Below, in pieces: positions 1 through 9,948 of a DNA stretch of 64,000 bases. The DNA is taken from NCBI GenBank assembly GCA_038065715.1, contig JBBTQL010000007.1:49643-113642 (forward strand), given 5' to 3'. The notes under the pieces were generated by a model. The model did no database searches and was not told the origin of the DNA. It saw only the letters and a list, made by a program, of their open reading frames with translations. The number at the start of each line of letters is the position of its first letter. Position 1 is the stretch's first letter. Made by a program: the position numbers and the translations under genes. The stretch comes from Patescibacteria group bacterium. Its GTDB lineage: Bacteria; Patescibacteriota; Minisyncoccia; Minisyncoccales; Staskawiczbacteraceae.

Positions 1-1
1 A

Positions 2-163
2 AAGTTTCAAGAAAAAATTAAAAAAATATGTAAACTTTGCGGTATTGATTTTGACATCTGGGCTGAAACAATGCATTTTAACCAAGAAAGAGAGGAAAGG
101 ATGAAAAAGCATGCATTAGGTCAATGCCGTATTTGCAAATGTTCGCCAGTTTGCATCGCATAA
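2..163 (+). CDS. 3' end of a CDS truncated by the window edge; Cys-rich C-terminus
   Basis: Reading frame starting at nt 2 is open from the window edge to TAA 161-163. Translation ...KFQEKIKKICKLCGIDFDIWAETMHFNQ...GQCRICKCSPVCIA*. Absent from the ORF track because it has no start in the window. Confidence 0.35.
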   Translation, partial: KFQEKIKKICKLCGIDFDIWAETMHFNQEREERMKKHALGQCRICKCSPVCIA

Positions 164-184
164 TATAAATTAATTTTTTATACC

Positions 185-580
185 ATGAACAAAAATTTAA
201 TAATTTTATCGATAGCAGTTGTTGCAGTTTTAATAGGAGGCTATAATTTATTGTCAGGATCTAAATTGGGCGTAAAAAATAATACGTTAACTGCTGCTAT
301 CGCCAACCAAAATCAGCAAAATCAAGTAATGTTCAGTGTAGATGCTAAAAGGTGGCAATTCACGCCAGACGTTATTCGGGTAAAAAAGGGTCAACAGGTC
401 AAAATAATTATTAACAATACCGATACCATCCACGGAATAAATTTACTAGACTTTAATGCCATTGGAGACGATTCTATTGAATTTACGGCTGATAAAACAG
501 GTGAGTTTGTATTCAGATGTAATAATTTTTGCGGTGATGGCCATGGAGCAATGCAAGGTAAAATTATTGTAACCAAATAA
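185..580 (+). CDS. Membrane-anchored cupredoxin-domain protein with CuA-type metal motif
   Basis: N-terminal hydrophobic helix. C-terminal FRCNNFCGDGHGAMQGKI = C-x3-C-x3-H-x2-M, as in the cytochrome oxidase subunit II CuA site. First gene of the copper cluster. Confidence 0.7.
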   Translation: MNKNLIILSIAVVAVLIGGYNLLSGSKLGVKNNTLTAAIANQNQQNQVMFSVDAKRWQFTPDVIRVKKGQQVKIIINNTDTIHGINLLDFNAIGDDSIEFTADKTGEFVFRCNNFCGDGHGAMQGKIIVTK

Positions 581-589
581 TTAAAAATT

Positions 590-1909
590 ATGCAAAAAAC
601 AAAATTTAAAATTCAAGGAATAAAGTGCAGTAATTGCTCTTTGTTAATTGAAGAAAGGTTAAAAAATCTTGATGGGGTTGTTAAGGTTAAAGTTGACCAT
701 GACTCAAGCAAAGGGGTTGTCATTTATGACGAACAAAAAATAACAGAGCGGGATATTTATCAAGCCATTGAAAGCATAAATGATTTTCACTTGGAAAAAA
801 TTGAAGAAATAATTCCGTCGGCAGAAGAAATGTCAGAGGCGGAAAACAAAGAACAAGATTTAGGGATTAAAAAAACAAAATTCCGAATTAAAGGATTAAA
901 GTGCGACAATTGCGTTCTTTTAATAGAGAGCAGGCTAAAAAGCAAAGAAGGAGTTGTTAAAGTTAAAGTTGACCAAACTTCAAATAAAGGTGTGGTAATT
1001 TATGATAAACAGAAAATAGACGAAAGCGATATTTACAAAACAATTGAGGAGATAGGCGGATTTAAAGTTGAAAAAATAGAAGATGCAGTAAAAAATACTG
1101 ATGAAAATACTAATTATGACAACCCTTCCGTATCAATAGAGGTAAGACCTCCAATTGAATCTTCGAATAAGCGAGGATTTGCTATTGTTGCAACTATTGT
1201 ACTTTTAATATTTTTGTTTGCTACGTTCGGGCAAAAAAATAATCAGGGGAGTCAAATCAATGGTTCTGTGAAAAACACTCAAGTACAGGTGCAGCAACAA
1301 GCTGATAACCAGCAAGCTCCGGCAACTAAAACATTAGAAAAAAGCGATAATCCTGTTTTAGAAGCTTATGTGGTTAGTAGATGTCCATTTGGGATCCAAA
1401 TGCAAAGAATAATGGCCGATGTTGTTAAAAATATTCCGTCTTTGGCAAATAATGTAAAGGTGAGATATATGGGGGCTGTTTCTAACGGAACAATTTCTTC
1501 AATGCATGGCAGCGCCGAGGCTCAAGAAAATTTAAGACAGATTTGTTTAAGAGAGGAGCAACCAAATAAATACTGGAGCTATGTTTCCTGCCAAATGAAA
1601 AGCGGTGACACTACTGGATGTGAAACTACTGCGGGAGTTGATGCCTCAAAATTAAACGTTTGTGTTTCAGACAGTAGCAGAGGATTAGTTTATGCCCAAA
1701 AAGATTTTGATTTGAACAGTAAATATCAAGTACAAGGTTCTCCAACATTAATATTGAATGGACAGCAGGTTTCAGAATTTAATTTTGGCGGAAGAACTTC
1801 TGATGCGGTAAAAAGCGTGATATGCAGCGGATTTAATAATCAGCCAGGATCCTGTTCAACAAAACTGACCACAGCTAATGCGGCAACAAGTTTCTCTGCT
1901 ACATATTAG
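590..1909 (+). CDS. Double HMA (heavy-metal-associated) domain protein with TM segment and thioredoxin/DsbA-like C-terminal domain
   Basis: Two internal repeats, KFKIQGIKCSNCSLLIEERLKNLDGVVKVKVD and KFRIKGLKCDNCVLLIESRLKSKEGVVKVKVD, each with CxxC. Central hydrophobic stretch. Cys-containing C-terminal domain. Confidence 0.6.
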   Translation: MQKTKFKIQGIKCSNCSLLIEERLKNLDGVVKVKVDHDSSKGVVIYDEQKITERDIYQAIESINDFHLEKIEEIIPSAEEMSEAENKEQDLGIKKTKFRIKGLKCDNCVLLIESRLKSKEGVVKVKVDQTSNKGVVIYDKQKIDESDIYKTIEEIGGFKVEKIEDAVKNTDENTNYDNPSVSIEVRPPIESSNKRGFAIVATIVLLIFLFATFGQKNNQGSQINGSVKNTQVQVQQQADNQQAPATKTLEKSDNPVLEAYVVSRCPFGIQMQRIMADVVKNIPSLANNVKVRYMGAVSNGTISSMHGSAEAQENLRQICLREEQPNKYWSYVSCQMKSGDTTGCETTAGVDASKLNVCVSDSSRGLVYAQKDFDLNSKYQVQGSPTLILNGQQVSEFNFGGRTSDAVKSVICSGFNNQPGSCSTKLTTANAATSFSATY

Positions 1910-1936
1910 ATGAATTAACTATTAATTAAATTTCAA

Positions 1937-4558
1937 ATGGATAAAAACATAAAACTAAAATCGAAAAGAGGGACGGTTAAGAAGAATGTAGAAAGCAGGC
2001 TCTCTAAAATTGAATTGAAAATCAATCAAGTTTTAGATTTGATTTCTGCTAATCCTATAGCTAAACCTCCAAATGTTTTTGCGCCGCCAAAACAAGCAAT
2101 TAAGGCGGAAGAAAACAAGGATAAACAAATCAGTTTGGTTGTTAGCGGGATGCATTGTGTATCGTGCGCAAAGATTATTGAGAAAAAACTACAGAAGGTT
2201 TCAGGGGTTAAAGAAGTAAATGTAAATTTTACCGCTGAAAAAGCCAGGATTATTTATGACGGCTCAAAAGTCAAAACAAATGATTTGATAGGCGCTATTA
2301 TATCTGCTGGATATAAAGCCACTGTGCCGAATATTGCTGATCCAGAAGAAGAAAGAATAAGAAAAGAAAAAGAAATTAAAAATTATCGCAACAAATTTTT
2401 AATTTCTTTTGGATTGAGCTTGCCGATGCTTTATTTCATGTTATTGGACTTCTTCAACTTCCTGCCGTTGAGAGGGCTCTTGTTGCCATATGTCGGCGTT
2501 GTTTCACTATTACTGACAATACCAGTCCAATTTATTATCGGAGCAGGATTTTATAAAGGAATGTGGAGCAGTTTGAAAATGAAAACATTTAATATGGATA
2601 GCTTGATTGCAATTGGAACAAGCACAGCATTCTTTTACAGCTTGTGGCAATTTTTAGCTTACACAATAGGAAATGGAACGCTAATTGGGTTAAACGGAGC
2701 TAAAATTCCAGAATTATATTTTGAAACAGCAGCTTATTTGATAACCTTTGTGGTGCTTGGGAAATGGCTTGAAACAAAAGCAAAGGGCAGAACATCTGAA
2801 GCCATTAAAAAACTAATGGGCCTTCAGCCAAAAACCGCAAGAATAGTAGTAAAGGGAAATGAAACACTGGATATACCAATTGATGAAGTAAAAAGGGGAG
2901 ATGTTGTTTTGGTTCGGCCTGGAGAAAAGGTTCCGGTGGACGGAGTGATTCTAAAGGGCAGGTCATCTATTGATGAATCAATGCTTACAGGAGAAAGCAT
3001 ACCTGTTGAAAAAAATGTGGGTGATAAAGTTATTGGAGCCACAATAAACAAAAATGGCAGTTTTGAATTTGAGGCAACTAATGTCGGCAGCGAAACAGCT
3101 TTGGCTCAAATTATTAGGTTGATTGAAGAAGCCCAGGGTTCAAAGGCTCCAATCCAAGCCATGGCTGATAAAATTTCATCTTGGTTTGTTCCCGCAGTTT
3201 TAGTTTTAGCCGCATTGACTTTTGTAATATGGTATTTTGCTTTGGGCGCAACTCTTTCATTTGCTTTAATGGCATTTACATCAGTAATTGTTATAGCTTG
3301 CCCATGCGCATTAGGGCTTGCAACTCCTACTGCAATTATGGTTGGCACTGGAAAGGGGGCCGAATACGGAGTGCTTATCAAGGGCGGAGAGCCGTTAGAA
3401 GCAGCCTGTAAAGTAAAAGCAGTCGTATTTGACAAAACCGGAACATTGACAAAAGGCAAACCAGAAGTTACTGATATAGTAGGCGCAGGATTAAGCGATG
3501 AAAAAAAGATTATTAGCATTACTGCAAGCTTGGAAAAACTTTCTGAACATCCTTTGGCAGAAGCAATAGTAAAGTATGCCGAAGAGGAAAAAATTCGTTT
3601 GCCTGAGGCGAATAATTTTAAGGCAATTCCTGGTCATGGCGTTGAAGGAAAAATAGACGGTAAGAAATATTACTTTGGCAATAGAAAATTAATTACAGAT
3701 GTGGTTGGATTAGAAATTGGTGAAATAGAAAGTAAAATAAGCAGGCTTGAAAATGAAGGAAAAACAGCAATGATATTGGCTTCAGAAAAAGATACGTTGG
3801 GAATAGTTGCGGTTGCAGATACAATAAAAGAAAACACTATTGAAGCGGTAAATGCTCTAAAAAAAAGAGGCATACAAGTATTTATGATTACAGGAGACAA
3901 CCGACGCACAGCAGAAGCAATTGCAAAACAGATTGGCATTACAAACATTTTAGCCGAAGTATTACCCGAAGACAAAGCTAATGAAGTAAAAAAACTTCAG
4001 GGCACTGGAATTAAAGTTGCAATGGTTGGAGATGGAATTAATGATGCGCCAGCTTTGGCGCAAGCAGATTTAGGAATTGCTATGGGCGGTGGCACTGATG
4101 TTGCAATGGAAACAGGGGGAATAGTAATTATTAAAAATGATTTGCGAGATGTATTAACGGCTATAAGTTTAAGCCGAGAAACTATGGGTAAGATAAAGCA
4201 AAATATGTTTTTTGCTTTATTTTACAATGTGATTGGAATACCAATCGCCGCAAGAATTTTTGCAGGATTTGGTCTTGTATTAAGGCCCGAATTAGCCGGT
4301 TTAGCAATGGCTTTCAGCTCTATTTCGGTGGTTTCTAATTCCTTGTTGCTTAAATATTTTAAACCCAATAAAAAGAACTACATATCCATTATTGCGCCAA
4401 TTATTCTTGCTATATTTTTTACATTTATATTTATTGAGTTTGGCAGGATTAGTTCTAGAATGGCAATTATAGAGGCAGGAGATAAAAAAATGGAAAATGT
4501 TTTGATTCAGGGAAAAGCAGAAAATTTAAATAAGCAAAATAAAAATTTAGTAAAATAA
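1937..4558 (+). CDS. copA: Copper-translocating P1B-type ATPase
   Basis: N-terminal [14 protein letters not shown]; TM metal site CPC ([11 protein letters not shown]); phosphorylation motif DKTGTLT; hinge GDGINDAP. Confidence 0.95.
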   Translation: MDKNIKLKSKRGTVKKNVESRLSKIELKINQVLDLISANPIAKPPNVFAPPKQAIKAEENKDKQISLVVSGMHCVSCAKIIEKKLQKVSGVKEVNVNFTAEKARIIYDGSKVKTNDLIGAIISAGYKATVPNIADPEEERIRKEKEIKNYRNKFLISFGLSLPMLYFMLLDFFNFLPLRGLLLPYVGVVSLLLTIPVQFIIGAGFYKGMWSSLKMKTFNMDSLIAIGTSTAFFYSLWQFLAYTIGNGTLIGLNGAKIPELYFETAAYLITFVVLGKWLETKAKGRTSEAIKKLMGLQPKTARIVVKGNETLDIPIDEVKRGDVVLVRPGEKVPVDGVILKGRSSIDESMLTGESIPVEKNVGDKVIGATINKNGSFEFEATNVGSETALAQIIRLIEEAQGSKAPIQAMADKISSWFVPAVLVLAALTFVIWYFALGATLSFALMAFTSVIVIACPCALGLATPTAIMVGTGKGAEYGVLIKGGEPLEAACKVKAVVFDKTGTLTKGKPEVTDIVGAGLSDEKKIISITASLEKLSEHPLAEAIVKYAEEEKIRLPEANNFKAIPGHGVEGKIDGKKYYFGNRKLITDVVGLEIGEIESKISRLENEGKTAMILASEKDTLGIVAVADTIKENTIEAVNALKKRGIQVFMITGDNRRTAEAIAKQIGITNILAEVLPEDKANEVKKLQGTGIKVAMVGDGINDAPALAQADLGIAMGGGTDVAMETGGIVIIKNDLRDVLTAISLSRETMGKIKQNMFFALFYNVIGIPIAARIFAGFGLVLRPELAGLAMAFSSISVVSNSLLLKYFKPNKKNYISIIAPIILAIFFTFIFIEFGRISSRMAIIEAGDKKMENVLIQGKAENLNKQNKNLVK

Positions 4559-4568
4559 CCACAAAAAA

Positions 4569-4778
4569 ATGACAGAAAAAATAATACTAACAATTTCAGG
4601 AATGCATTGCTCGTCTTGCGCAAAAATAATTGAAACTACTCTTGAAGAGAAAGAGGGGGTAGACTCAATTTCGGTAAACTATGATTCTAAAAAAGCATTT
4701 TTAGAATTTGACCAGCAAAAAATAAACCTTGATGAAATAAAAAACGAAATAGAAACATTAGGATATAAAGCGTTGTAA
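4569..4778 (+). CDS. copZ: Copper chaperone (single HMA domain)
   Basis: 69 aa. GMHCSSCAKIIE motif. Lies 10 nt after copA. Confidence 0.85.
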   Translation: MTEKIILTISGMHCSSCAKIIETTLEEKEGVDSISVNYDSKKAFLEFDQQKINLDEIKNEIETLGYKAL

Positions 4779-4782
4779 CAAA

Positions 4783-4812
4783 ACAAAAACTACTCCAACG
4801 AGTAGTTTTTGT
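4783..4812 (+). terminator. Rho-independent terminator after copZ
   Basis: AAAAACTACTC-CAAC-GAGTAGTTTTT hairpin plus T-run. A near-identical hairpin design recurs at 40501-40530. Confidence 0.6.
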
Positions 4813-4891
4813 TTCCATTTAACATAGTGTTGACGCGGGAGTTGATTTTGCTAATATAGACCTATACCATAATTAAATAAATATAAAAGTT

Positions 4892-5095
4892 ATGCAAAAA
4901 ATTACTGACAAAGCAACATTAAAAAATATTTTAGAAAAAAAAGGAGCTTGTGAAATTTTAGCAAAACACAACCTTCCCTGCATGTCTTGCCCAATGGCTT
5001 ATTTTGAGCTGGAAAAATTAGAAATTGGCGAAGTGTCAAAAATGTACGGGCTTCCTTTGGAAAAAATATTAAAAGATTTAAATAATTTAAAATAA
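4892..5095 (+). CDS. Small DUF1858-like (hybrid-cluster-protein-associated redox disulfide) domain protein
   Basis: 67 aa. ...HNLPCMSCPMAYFELEKLEIGEVSKMYGLPLEKILKDLN pattern typical of that family (from memory). Confidence 0.5.
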   Translation: MQKITDKATLKNILEKKGACEILAKHNLPCMSCPMAYFELEKLEIGEVSKMYGLPLEKILKDLNNLK

Positions 5096-5173
5096 TATGA
5101 AAAGAAAAAAAGCCACAGAACAGAGGTTTTGTGGCTAAGGGTCATTTTTTTTGTTTTCAATGTGCAAGTTTTT

Positions 5174-5707
5174 TTACCCCGCTATACTAGTTTGGTCTAT
5201 TGGCTGATCATTATTTTCTTCAGTGCAGAGTTGAGGCGGTTTATACCTGTATCGCATTAAATAAGCGTCTTCTGGCGTATCATTAAAATGACCGTGAAGA
5301 ATCTTGACAGCCTTAAATTCGTTTTTGCGAAAAAACAGCTGGGCTGGAAGATTGGTTTCGCGAACTTCCAGTGTTACGTAGGTGCGGCGCTGAAAAGACA
5401 GCTTACTGCAAAGTTTTGCAACCATTTGGCTACCAACTCCTTGCCTCCGCCATTCAGGATGCACAGCAAAATTCAAAACATGTATTTTGGTTTTATGTAA
5501 TTCATAAACCATAAACCCGACTACGCGGTCTTCGTGTTCGGCCGCCATGCCAATGCAATTTCTTTGCCGCAGACATCTTACAAAATCATCTTCTCGCCAA
5601 GGAAATTCAAAACTTGAACTTTCAATGGCAAGAACCTCTGGCATATCCTGCCGAATCATCCACCTAATGTGAACACGAATGTCTTGTTTTACATTAGCTG
5701 TAGACAT
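5174..5707 (-). CDS. GNAT-family N-acetyltransferase (RimI-like)
   Basis: Acetyl-CoA motif HPEWRRQGVGSQMV. Start chosen at MSTANV because AAAGGAG lies 7 nt upstream. Minus strand and visibly G+C-richer than its neighbours. Confidence 0.8.
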   Translation of the reverse strand: MSTANVKQDIRVHIRWMIRQDMPEVLAIESSSFEFPWREDDFVRCLRQRNCIGMAAEHEDRVVGFMVYELHKTKIHVLNFAVHPEWRRQGVGSQMVAKLCSKLSFQRRTYVTLEVRETNLPAQLFFRKNEFKAVKILHGHFNDTPEDAYLMRYRYKPPQLCTEENNDQPIDQTSIAG

Positions 5708-5859
5708 GGCATTCTCCTTTATGCCGAGCATCCGTGGAAAGAACAACAATTAAATAATTGTATTCCCATAAAAAAGTTAGTCAAGAGTTAGTAGGTAGTT
5801 AGTTAATATTGATTTTGGTATTTTTTTGTGATTTAATTAACATGTAAAACATAACACAC

Positions 5860-6246
5860 ATGAAAACTATAAATAAAAATTTAATATTAATTATAGTAGC
5901 CTTTGTGCTTGTTATAGGCGGCGGCTTGCTTTTAAACCAGAAGCTTGGTTTTGCAAAGTTTTTATTTTCAGCATCTCCTGAAGGCATAATTTTGTTTTAC
6001 GGAGAGGGTTGCCCTCATTGTAAAATAGTAGACGATTATATTAAGGCAAACAATATTAAAGACAAAGTTAAGTTTATAGAATTAGAAGTTTTTAACAATA
6101 AAAACAACGCTAATATATTATTAGCAAAAGCTAAAACTTGTAACATAGACCAAAGTCAAATTGGAGTTCCTTTTTTATGGGATGGAAGTAAATGTCTGTT
6201 GGGCGACCAGGATGTTATAAATTTCTTTAAGGAAAAAACAAAATAA
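5860..6246 (+). CDS. Membrane-anchored thioredoxin/glutaredoxin-fold protein
   Basis: N-terminal TM helix followed by the redox motif GCPHCK. Confidence 0.6.
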   Translation: MKTINKNLILIIVAFVLVIGGGLLLNQKLGFAKFLFSASPEGIILFYGEGCPHCKIVDDYIKANNIKDKVKFIELEVFNNKNNANILLAKAKTCNIDQSQIGVPFLWDGSKCLLGDQDVINFFKEKTK

Positions 6247-6265
6247 ATAAAATAATAATTTAAAA

Positions 6266-6790
6266 ATGAAAATAAAAAATTATTCGTTAGCCAGTTTAAT
6301 TTTAGCTTTAATTTTATTTTTCGCAAAATCTGCCAAAGCTGTTTGTCCTGTCTGCATTGCGGCTGTGGGAACCGGACTTGGCTTCTCAAGGTGGTTGGGC
6401 GTAGATGACACAATTACAAGTTTATGGATTGGAGCATTACTTGCTTCTTCAAGCATTTGGACAATAATTTGGTTGAATAAAAAGAACTGGAGTTTTAAGT
6501 TCCAAAAAATTATTATTCCGGCTGCTTATTATTTGCTTACGTTGGTTCCGCTTTATTATTACGATATAATAGGGCATCCTTTTAATGTAATTTTTGGCGT
6601 TGATAAAATAATTTTTGGCGTAATTACCGGAACAATAATTTTTATGGCAAGTATATGGCTGCATAATTATTTAAAAAGAAAAAATGGTTTAAAATCATTT
6701 TTTCCTTATCAGAAAGTAGTTTTGCCAATTACGGTTTTATTAATTGCAAGTTTTATAATTTACTTTTTGCTTAAATGGATGATAATATAG
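6266..6790 (+). CDS. Polytopic membrane protein with N-terminal CxxC
   Basis: Signal-like N-terminus. AVCPVCIAAVG, then about 4 hydrophobic helices. Follows the thioredoxin-fold gene. Confidence 0.45.
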   Translation: MKIKNYSLASLILALILFFAKSAKAVCPVCIAAVGTGLGFSRWLGVDDTITSLWIGALLASSSIWTIIWLNKKNWSFKFQKIIIPAAYYLLTLVPLYYYDIIGHPFNVIFGVDKIIFGVITGTIIFMASIWLHNYLKRKNGLKSFFPYQKVVLPITVLLIASFIIYFLLKWMII

Positions 6791-7308
6791 ACAAAAATAA
6801 AATAGACGAGTTTATAAAAAAAGTTCAAAGCAATAAACAAAATCAACTTGATTTGTCTTCTGATGAAGATTTGTCAATTGCTATAATGAATTTAATTTCA
6901 ATTGAAGAGCATTTTTTCTTTACAGGAGCTAAAACAGGCAAGCCAGAATATTTTGATTTGTTAAATACGGCAAGAGAAATGAGAAAAGAGCTTCTAAAAA
7001 AGATTATTAAAGACTATGAAGGCGAAGTCTGGTGCATTTCAAAACATTTGCTGTCTGCTTCAATGAGATTAATGGAGGTTGGAACAAAAGCTTTAACAAA
7101 AGGAAACAAACAAGAGGCAGAAGATATGTTTAAAAAAGCATACGAGCTTTATTCTCTTTTTTGGGGAATAAATTTAAAGCTGATTGATATTGGCGAAGTT
7201 AAAAAAATAGGTGAAAACCAGATAGACAAAAAAGACCCGGATAAAAAGGGACTTCTGGGAAAATTAGGCAAGGTTGTTCAATATGTAATTGACTGCTGTA
7301 AAGAATAA
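6775..7308 (+). CDS. Hypothetical helical protein
   Basis: 177-aa ORF overlapping the previous stop by 16 nt. No motif recognised. Confidence 0.4.
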   Translation: MDDNIDKNKIDEFIKKVQSNKQNQLDLSSDEDLSIAIMNLISIEEHFFFTGAKTGKPEYFDLLNTAREMRKELLKKIIKDYEGEVWCISKHLLSASMRLMEVGTKALTKGNKQEAEDMFKKAYELYSLFWGINLKLIDIGEVKKIGENQIDKKDPDKKGLLGKLGKVVQYVIDCCKE

Positions 7309-7342
7309 TTGACATAGATTACTGTTGAATTATAATTAGAAT

Positions 7343-7702
7343 ATGGTAAACAACAAAACTAAAAAACAAGAGCCGTTAACCTTGGATGGTTTGGTAAAAT
7401 ACAACCAAGATGTTTTGTTTCCATATTTTAAAGAAACGTTTGCCGGGAAAAAGGAGTTTACTGATTTTAAAAACGAGATGACTGATTTTAAGAACGAGAT
7501 GACTGATTTCAAAAACGAAAATTTAACTGGTCAAGACAAAATATTAAAAAAATTAGACATACTTTTAATTGAAAAGGATGTCAGAGATTACCAAGATAAA
7601 AAACAGAAAAAATTATTTGCAATCATGATAAAATCACTAAAGGAACATAATATTTTATCTTCTAAAGAGTTGGAAGAAATAACCAAGTTAGAATTTTTTT
7701 AA
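7343..7702 (+). CDS. Hypothetical protein with in-frame heptapeptide repeat
   Basis: 119-aa ORF containing FTDFKNEMTDFKNEMTDFKNE. A terminator-like hairpin follows at 7712-7737. Confidence 0.4.
   Translation: MVNNKTKKQEPLTLDGLVKYNQDVLFPYFKETFAGKKEFTDFKNEMTDFKNEMTDFKNENLTGQDKILKKLDILLIEKDVRDYQDKKQKKLFAIMIKSLKEHNILSSKELEEITKLEFF
7458..7520 (+). repeat. 21-nt in-frame tandem repeat (about 3 copies)
   Basis: actgattttaaaaacgagatg / actgattttaagaacgagatg / actgatttcaaaaacgaa. Confidence 0.8.
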
Positions 7703-7889
7703 AAAAATAGTCGGGTTGAGAATGCCCGGCTTTTTGTTTGCAACCGTGAAATGAGGTATAATAGAAGAATATTAATTTTTTATAATTTTTAATTTTGTAA
7801 TTTTATAAATAATTTATTAATTTCTTAATTTTTAAAAATTTGAGCATTCAATCATTATTTAAAAATTAAAAATTGGAAATTAAAAATTT

Positions 7890-8687
7890 TTGTTTATGTT
7901 TGGATTAAATAAAACAACTTCAAAGTTTTGCGATTTAAGGGGAAAGGTGGCAATAATTACAGGAGCCGCCAAAGGCATGGGCAAAGCAGATTCAATAAAA
8001 CTTGCTAATGCCGGGGCAAAAGTGGTTGTGTGTGATATTGATTTTGAAGGATGCAAGCTGGTTGCAGAGGAAATTAAGAAACAAAGGGGGCAAGCTCTTG
8101 CTGTAAAATGCGATGCCAGCAAAAAAGCAGAAGTTGACAGCTTGGTTTCAGAAACTTTGAAAAAATTTGGCAAAATAGACATTTTGGTTAATAATGCCGG
8201 AATTTTTCCGTTTGAACCGTTTTTAGAAATGCCTGAACAAAATTTTGAAAAAGTAATTGATGTAAATTTAAAGGGATATTTTCTAATGGCGCAAGCTGTT
8301 GCAAAAGAAATGGCAAAGCAAAAGTCTGGGGCAATTGTTAATATCGCCTCGATTGCAATGGGGCAGGTGGGTGTTGGATTTGCCGGTTTAACTCATTATT
8401 GCGCCTCAAAAGGAGGAATTGTTGCAATGTCACAAGCTATGGCCTTAGAACTGGCTCCTCTTGGAATTAGAGTAAATTGTATTTCTCCTGGGGCAATTGA
8501 CACTCCGGGAGCATCTTCTGTAAATATGGATCCAAAAGCAATGGAGGCAATGTTAGCTCCCATTCCAATGAAAAGAAAAGGAAAATCAGAGGAAATTGCA
8601 AATGCAGTTTTGTTTTTAGCTTCAGACGAATCTTCTTATATGACAGGGTCAACAATTGTGGTTGACGGGGGGTGGGTTGCCGGTTAG
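7890..8687 (+). CDS. Short-chain dehydrogenase/reductase (FabG-like)
   Basis: Cofactor motif TGAAKGMG, NNAG, and catalytic YxxxK in YCASKGG. Confidence 0.9.
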   Translation: MFMFGLNKTTSKFCDLRGKVAIITGAAKGMGKADSIKLANAGAKVVVCDIDFEGCKLVAEEIKKQRGQALAVKCDASKKAEVDSLVSETLKKFGKIDILVNNAGIFPFEPFLEMPEQNFEKVIDVNLKGYFLMAQAVAKEMAKQKSGAIVNIASIAMGQVGVGFAGLTHYCASKGGIVAMSQAMALELAPLGIRVNCISPGAIDTPGASSVNMDPKAMEAMLAPIPMKRKGKSEEIANAVLFLASDESSYMTGSTIVVDGGWVAG

Positions 8688-8839
8688 ACTTGACTTCACG
8701 ACTATTATAAAGTAAAATAGAATAAAACATTTAAAATTTTAATAAAGTCGACTCTATAATCAAGATTTCGAATTGTAAAATTGAATTTTAGTTTTTTATA
8801 ATCAATAATTCATAATTTATAATTCGTAATTTTAAAAAA

Positions 8840-9004
8840 ATGGCAACAGAAGCTTATTGCGTAAAATGCAAAGCAAAAAGAATGATGAAAGACGAGAAAG
8901 AAGTAACAATGAAAGGAAAAGGCGGTAAAAAAAGATTTGCTATGACAGGAACTTGCGAGAAATGCGGGACAAAGATGTTTAGGATAATGGGAATGAAAAA
9001 ATAG
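8840..9004 (+). CDS. Small zinc-ribbon protein (54 aa; below the ORF-track cutoff)
   Basis: Hand translation MATEAYCVKCKAKRMMKDEKEVTMKGKGGKKRFAMTGTCEKCGTKMFRIMGMKK*. Two CxxC pairs. A terminator follows directly. Confidence 0.6.
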   Translation: MATEAYCVKCKAKRMMKDEKEVTMKGKGGKKRFAMTGTCEKCGTKMFRIMGMKK

Positions 9005-9017
9005 AAAAGATTCTCTG

Positions 9018-9046
9018 AAAAAACCGAGCTATGCGCTCGGTTTTTT
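9018..9046 (+). terminator. Rho-independent terminator
   Basis: AAAAAACCGAGC-TATGC-GCTCGGTTTTTT. Confidence 0.6.
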
Positions 9047-9065
9047 CGTAATTTAAGATTAATGA

Positions 9066-9935
9066 ATGAAAAAGAAATATGTTTTAATTTTTACTGGGTT
9101 GCTTTTTGTGTTGAATGTTTTTGCCTGGCAGGAGGTTTTTTATTTATCGGGACAGCAAAATTTAAAAGTTAATTTTTTAGCCGTAGGGCAGGGCGATGCG
9201 GTTTTTATTGAAACTCCAGAAAAATTTCAGATTTTAATTGATGGCGGCCCAGATTCAACTGTTTTGTCAAAACTGCAAAAAATAATGCCTGTTTTTGACA
9301 GGTCAATAGATGTTGTAATTTTAACTCACCCTGAAAAAGACCATTTAACAGGACTTATAGATGTTTTGCAAAGATATAAAGTAGATTATGTTTTGTGGAC
9401 GGGAGCTGTAAAAAATAGCGCTGAATATAAAAAATGGGTTGAAATTTTAAATAAAAAGCAAAAGGAAAAAACTAAAATAATAACAGCGTTTTCAGGGATG
9501 AAAATAAAAGCAGGAAGAGTTTTAATTGACACTTTATTCCCTTTTGAAAATTTGCAGGGTAAAGAATTTAAAAATACAAGCAATGACACTTGTATTGTTT
9601 CGCGCTTAGTTTTTGGCAGTAATTCTTTTCTTTTTACTGGCGACATAACAAGCAAAGCAGAAAAAGCGCTGGCTAATTCGTACGAATTAGCCAGTCTGAA
9701 ATCAGATGTTTTAAAGGTGGCGCATCACGGATCAAAATATTCAACTTCAGATTTATTTTTGCAAAATGTTAAACCAAAGATTGCAGTAATTGAGGTTGGC
9801 AAGAATTCTTATGGGCACCCAACGCCTGAAACTTTGCAAAGATTGGAAAAATTTGGTATAAAGACTTTTAGAACCGACAAAGACGGAGATGTAAAAATAG
9901 AAAGCAACGGAAAAAATATTAAAATTATTAACTAA
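9066..9935 (+). CDS. ComEC/Rec2-related metallo-beta-lactamase-fold hydrolase
   Basis: N-terminal TM. LAVGQGDAVFIE...ILIDGG, HPEKDHLTG, VAHHGSK motifs. Confidence 0.75.
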   Translation: MKKKYVLIFTGLLFVLNVFAWQEVFYLSGQQNLKVNFLAVGQGDAVFIETPEKFQILIDGGPDSTVLSKLQKIMPVFDRSIDVVILTHPEKDHLTGLIDVLQRYKVDYVLWTGAVKNSAEYKKWVEILNKKQKEKTKIITAFSGMKIKAGRVLIDTLFPFENLQGKEFKNTSNDTCIVSRLVFGSNSFLFTGDITSKAEKALANSYELASLKSDVLKVAHHGSKYSTSDLFLQNVKPKIAVIEVGKNSYGHPTPETLQRLEKFGIKTFRTDKDGDVKIESNGKNIKIIN

Positions 9936-9948
9936 TTAAAATTCTGTT

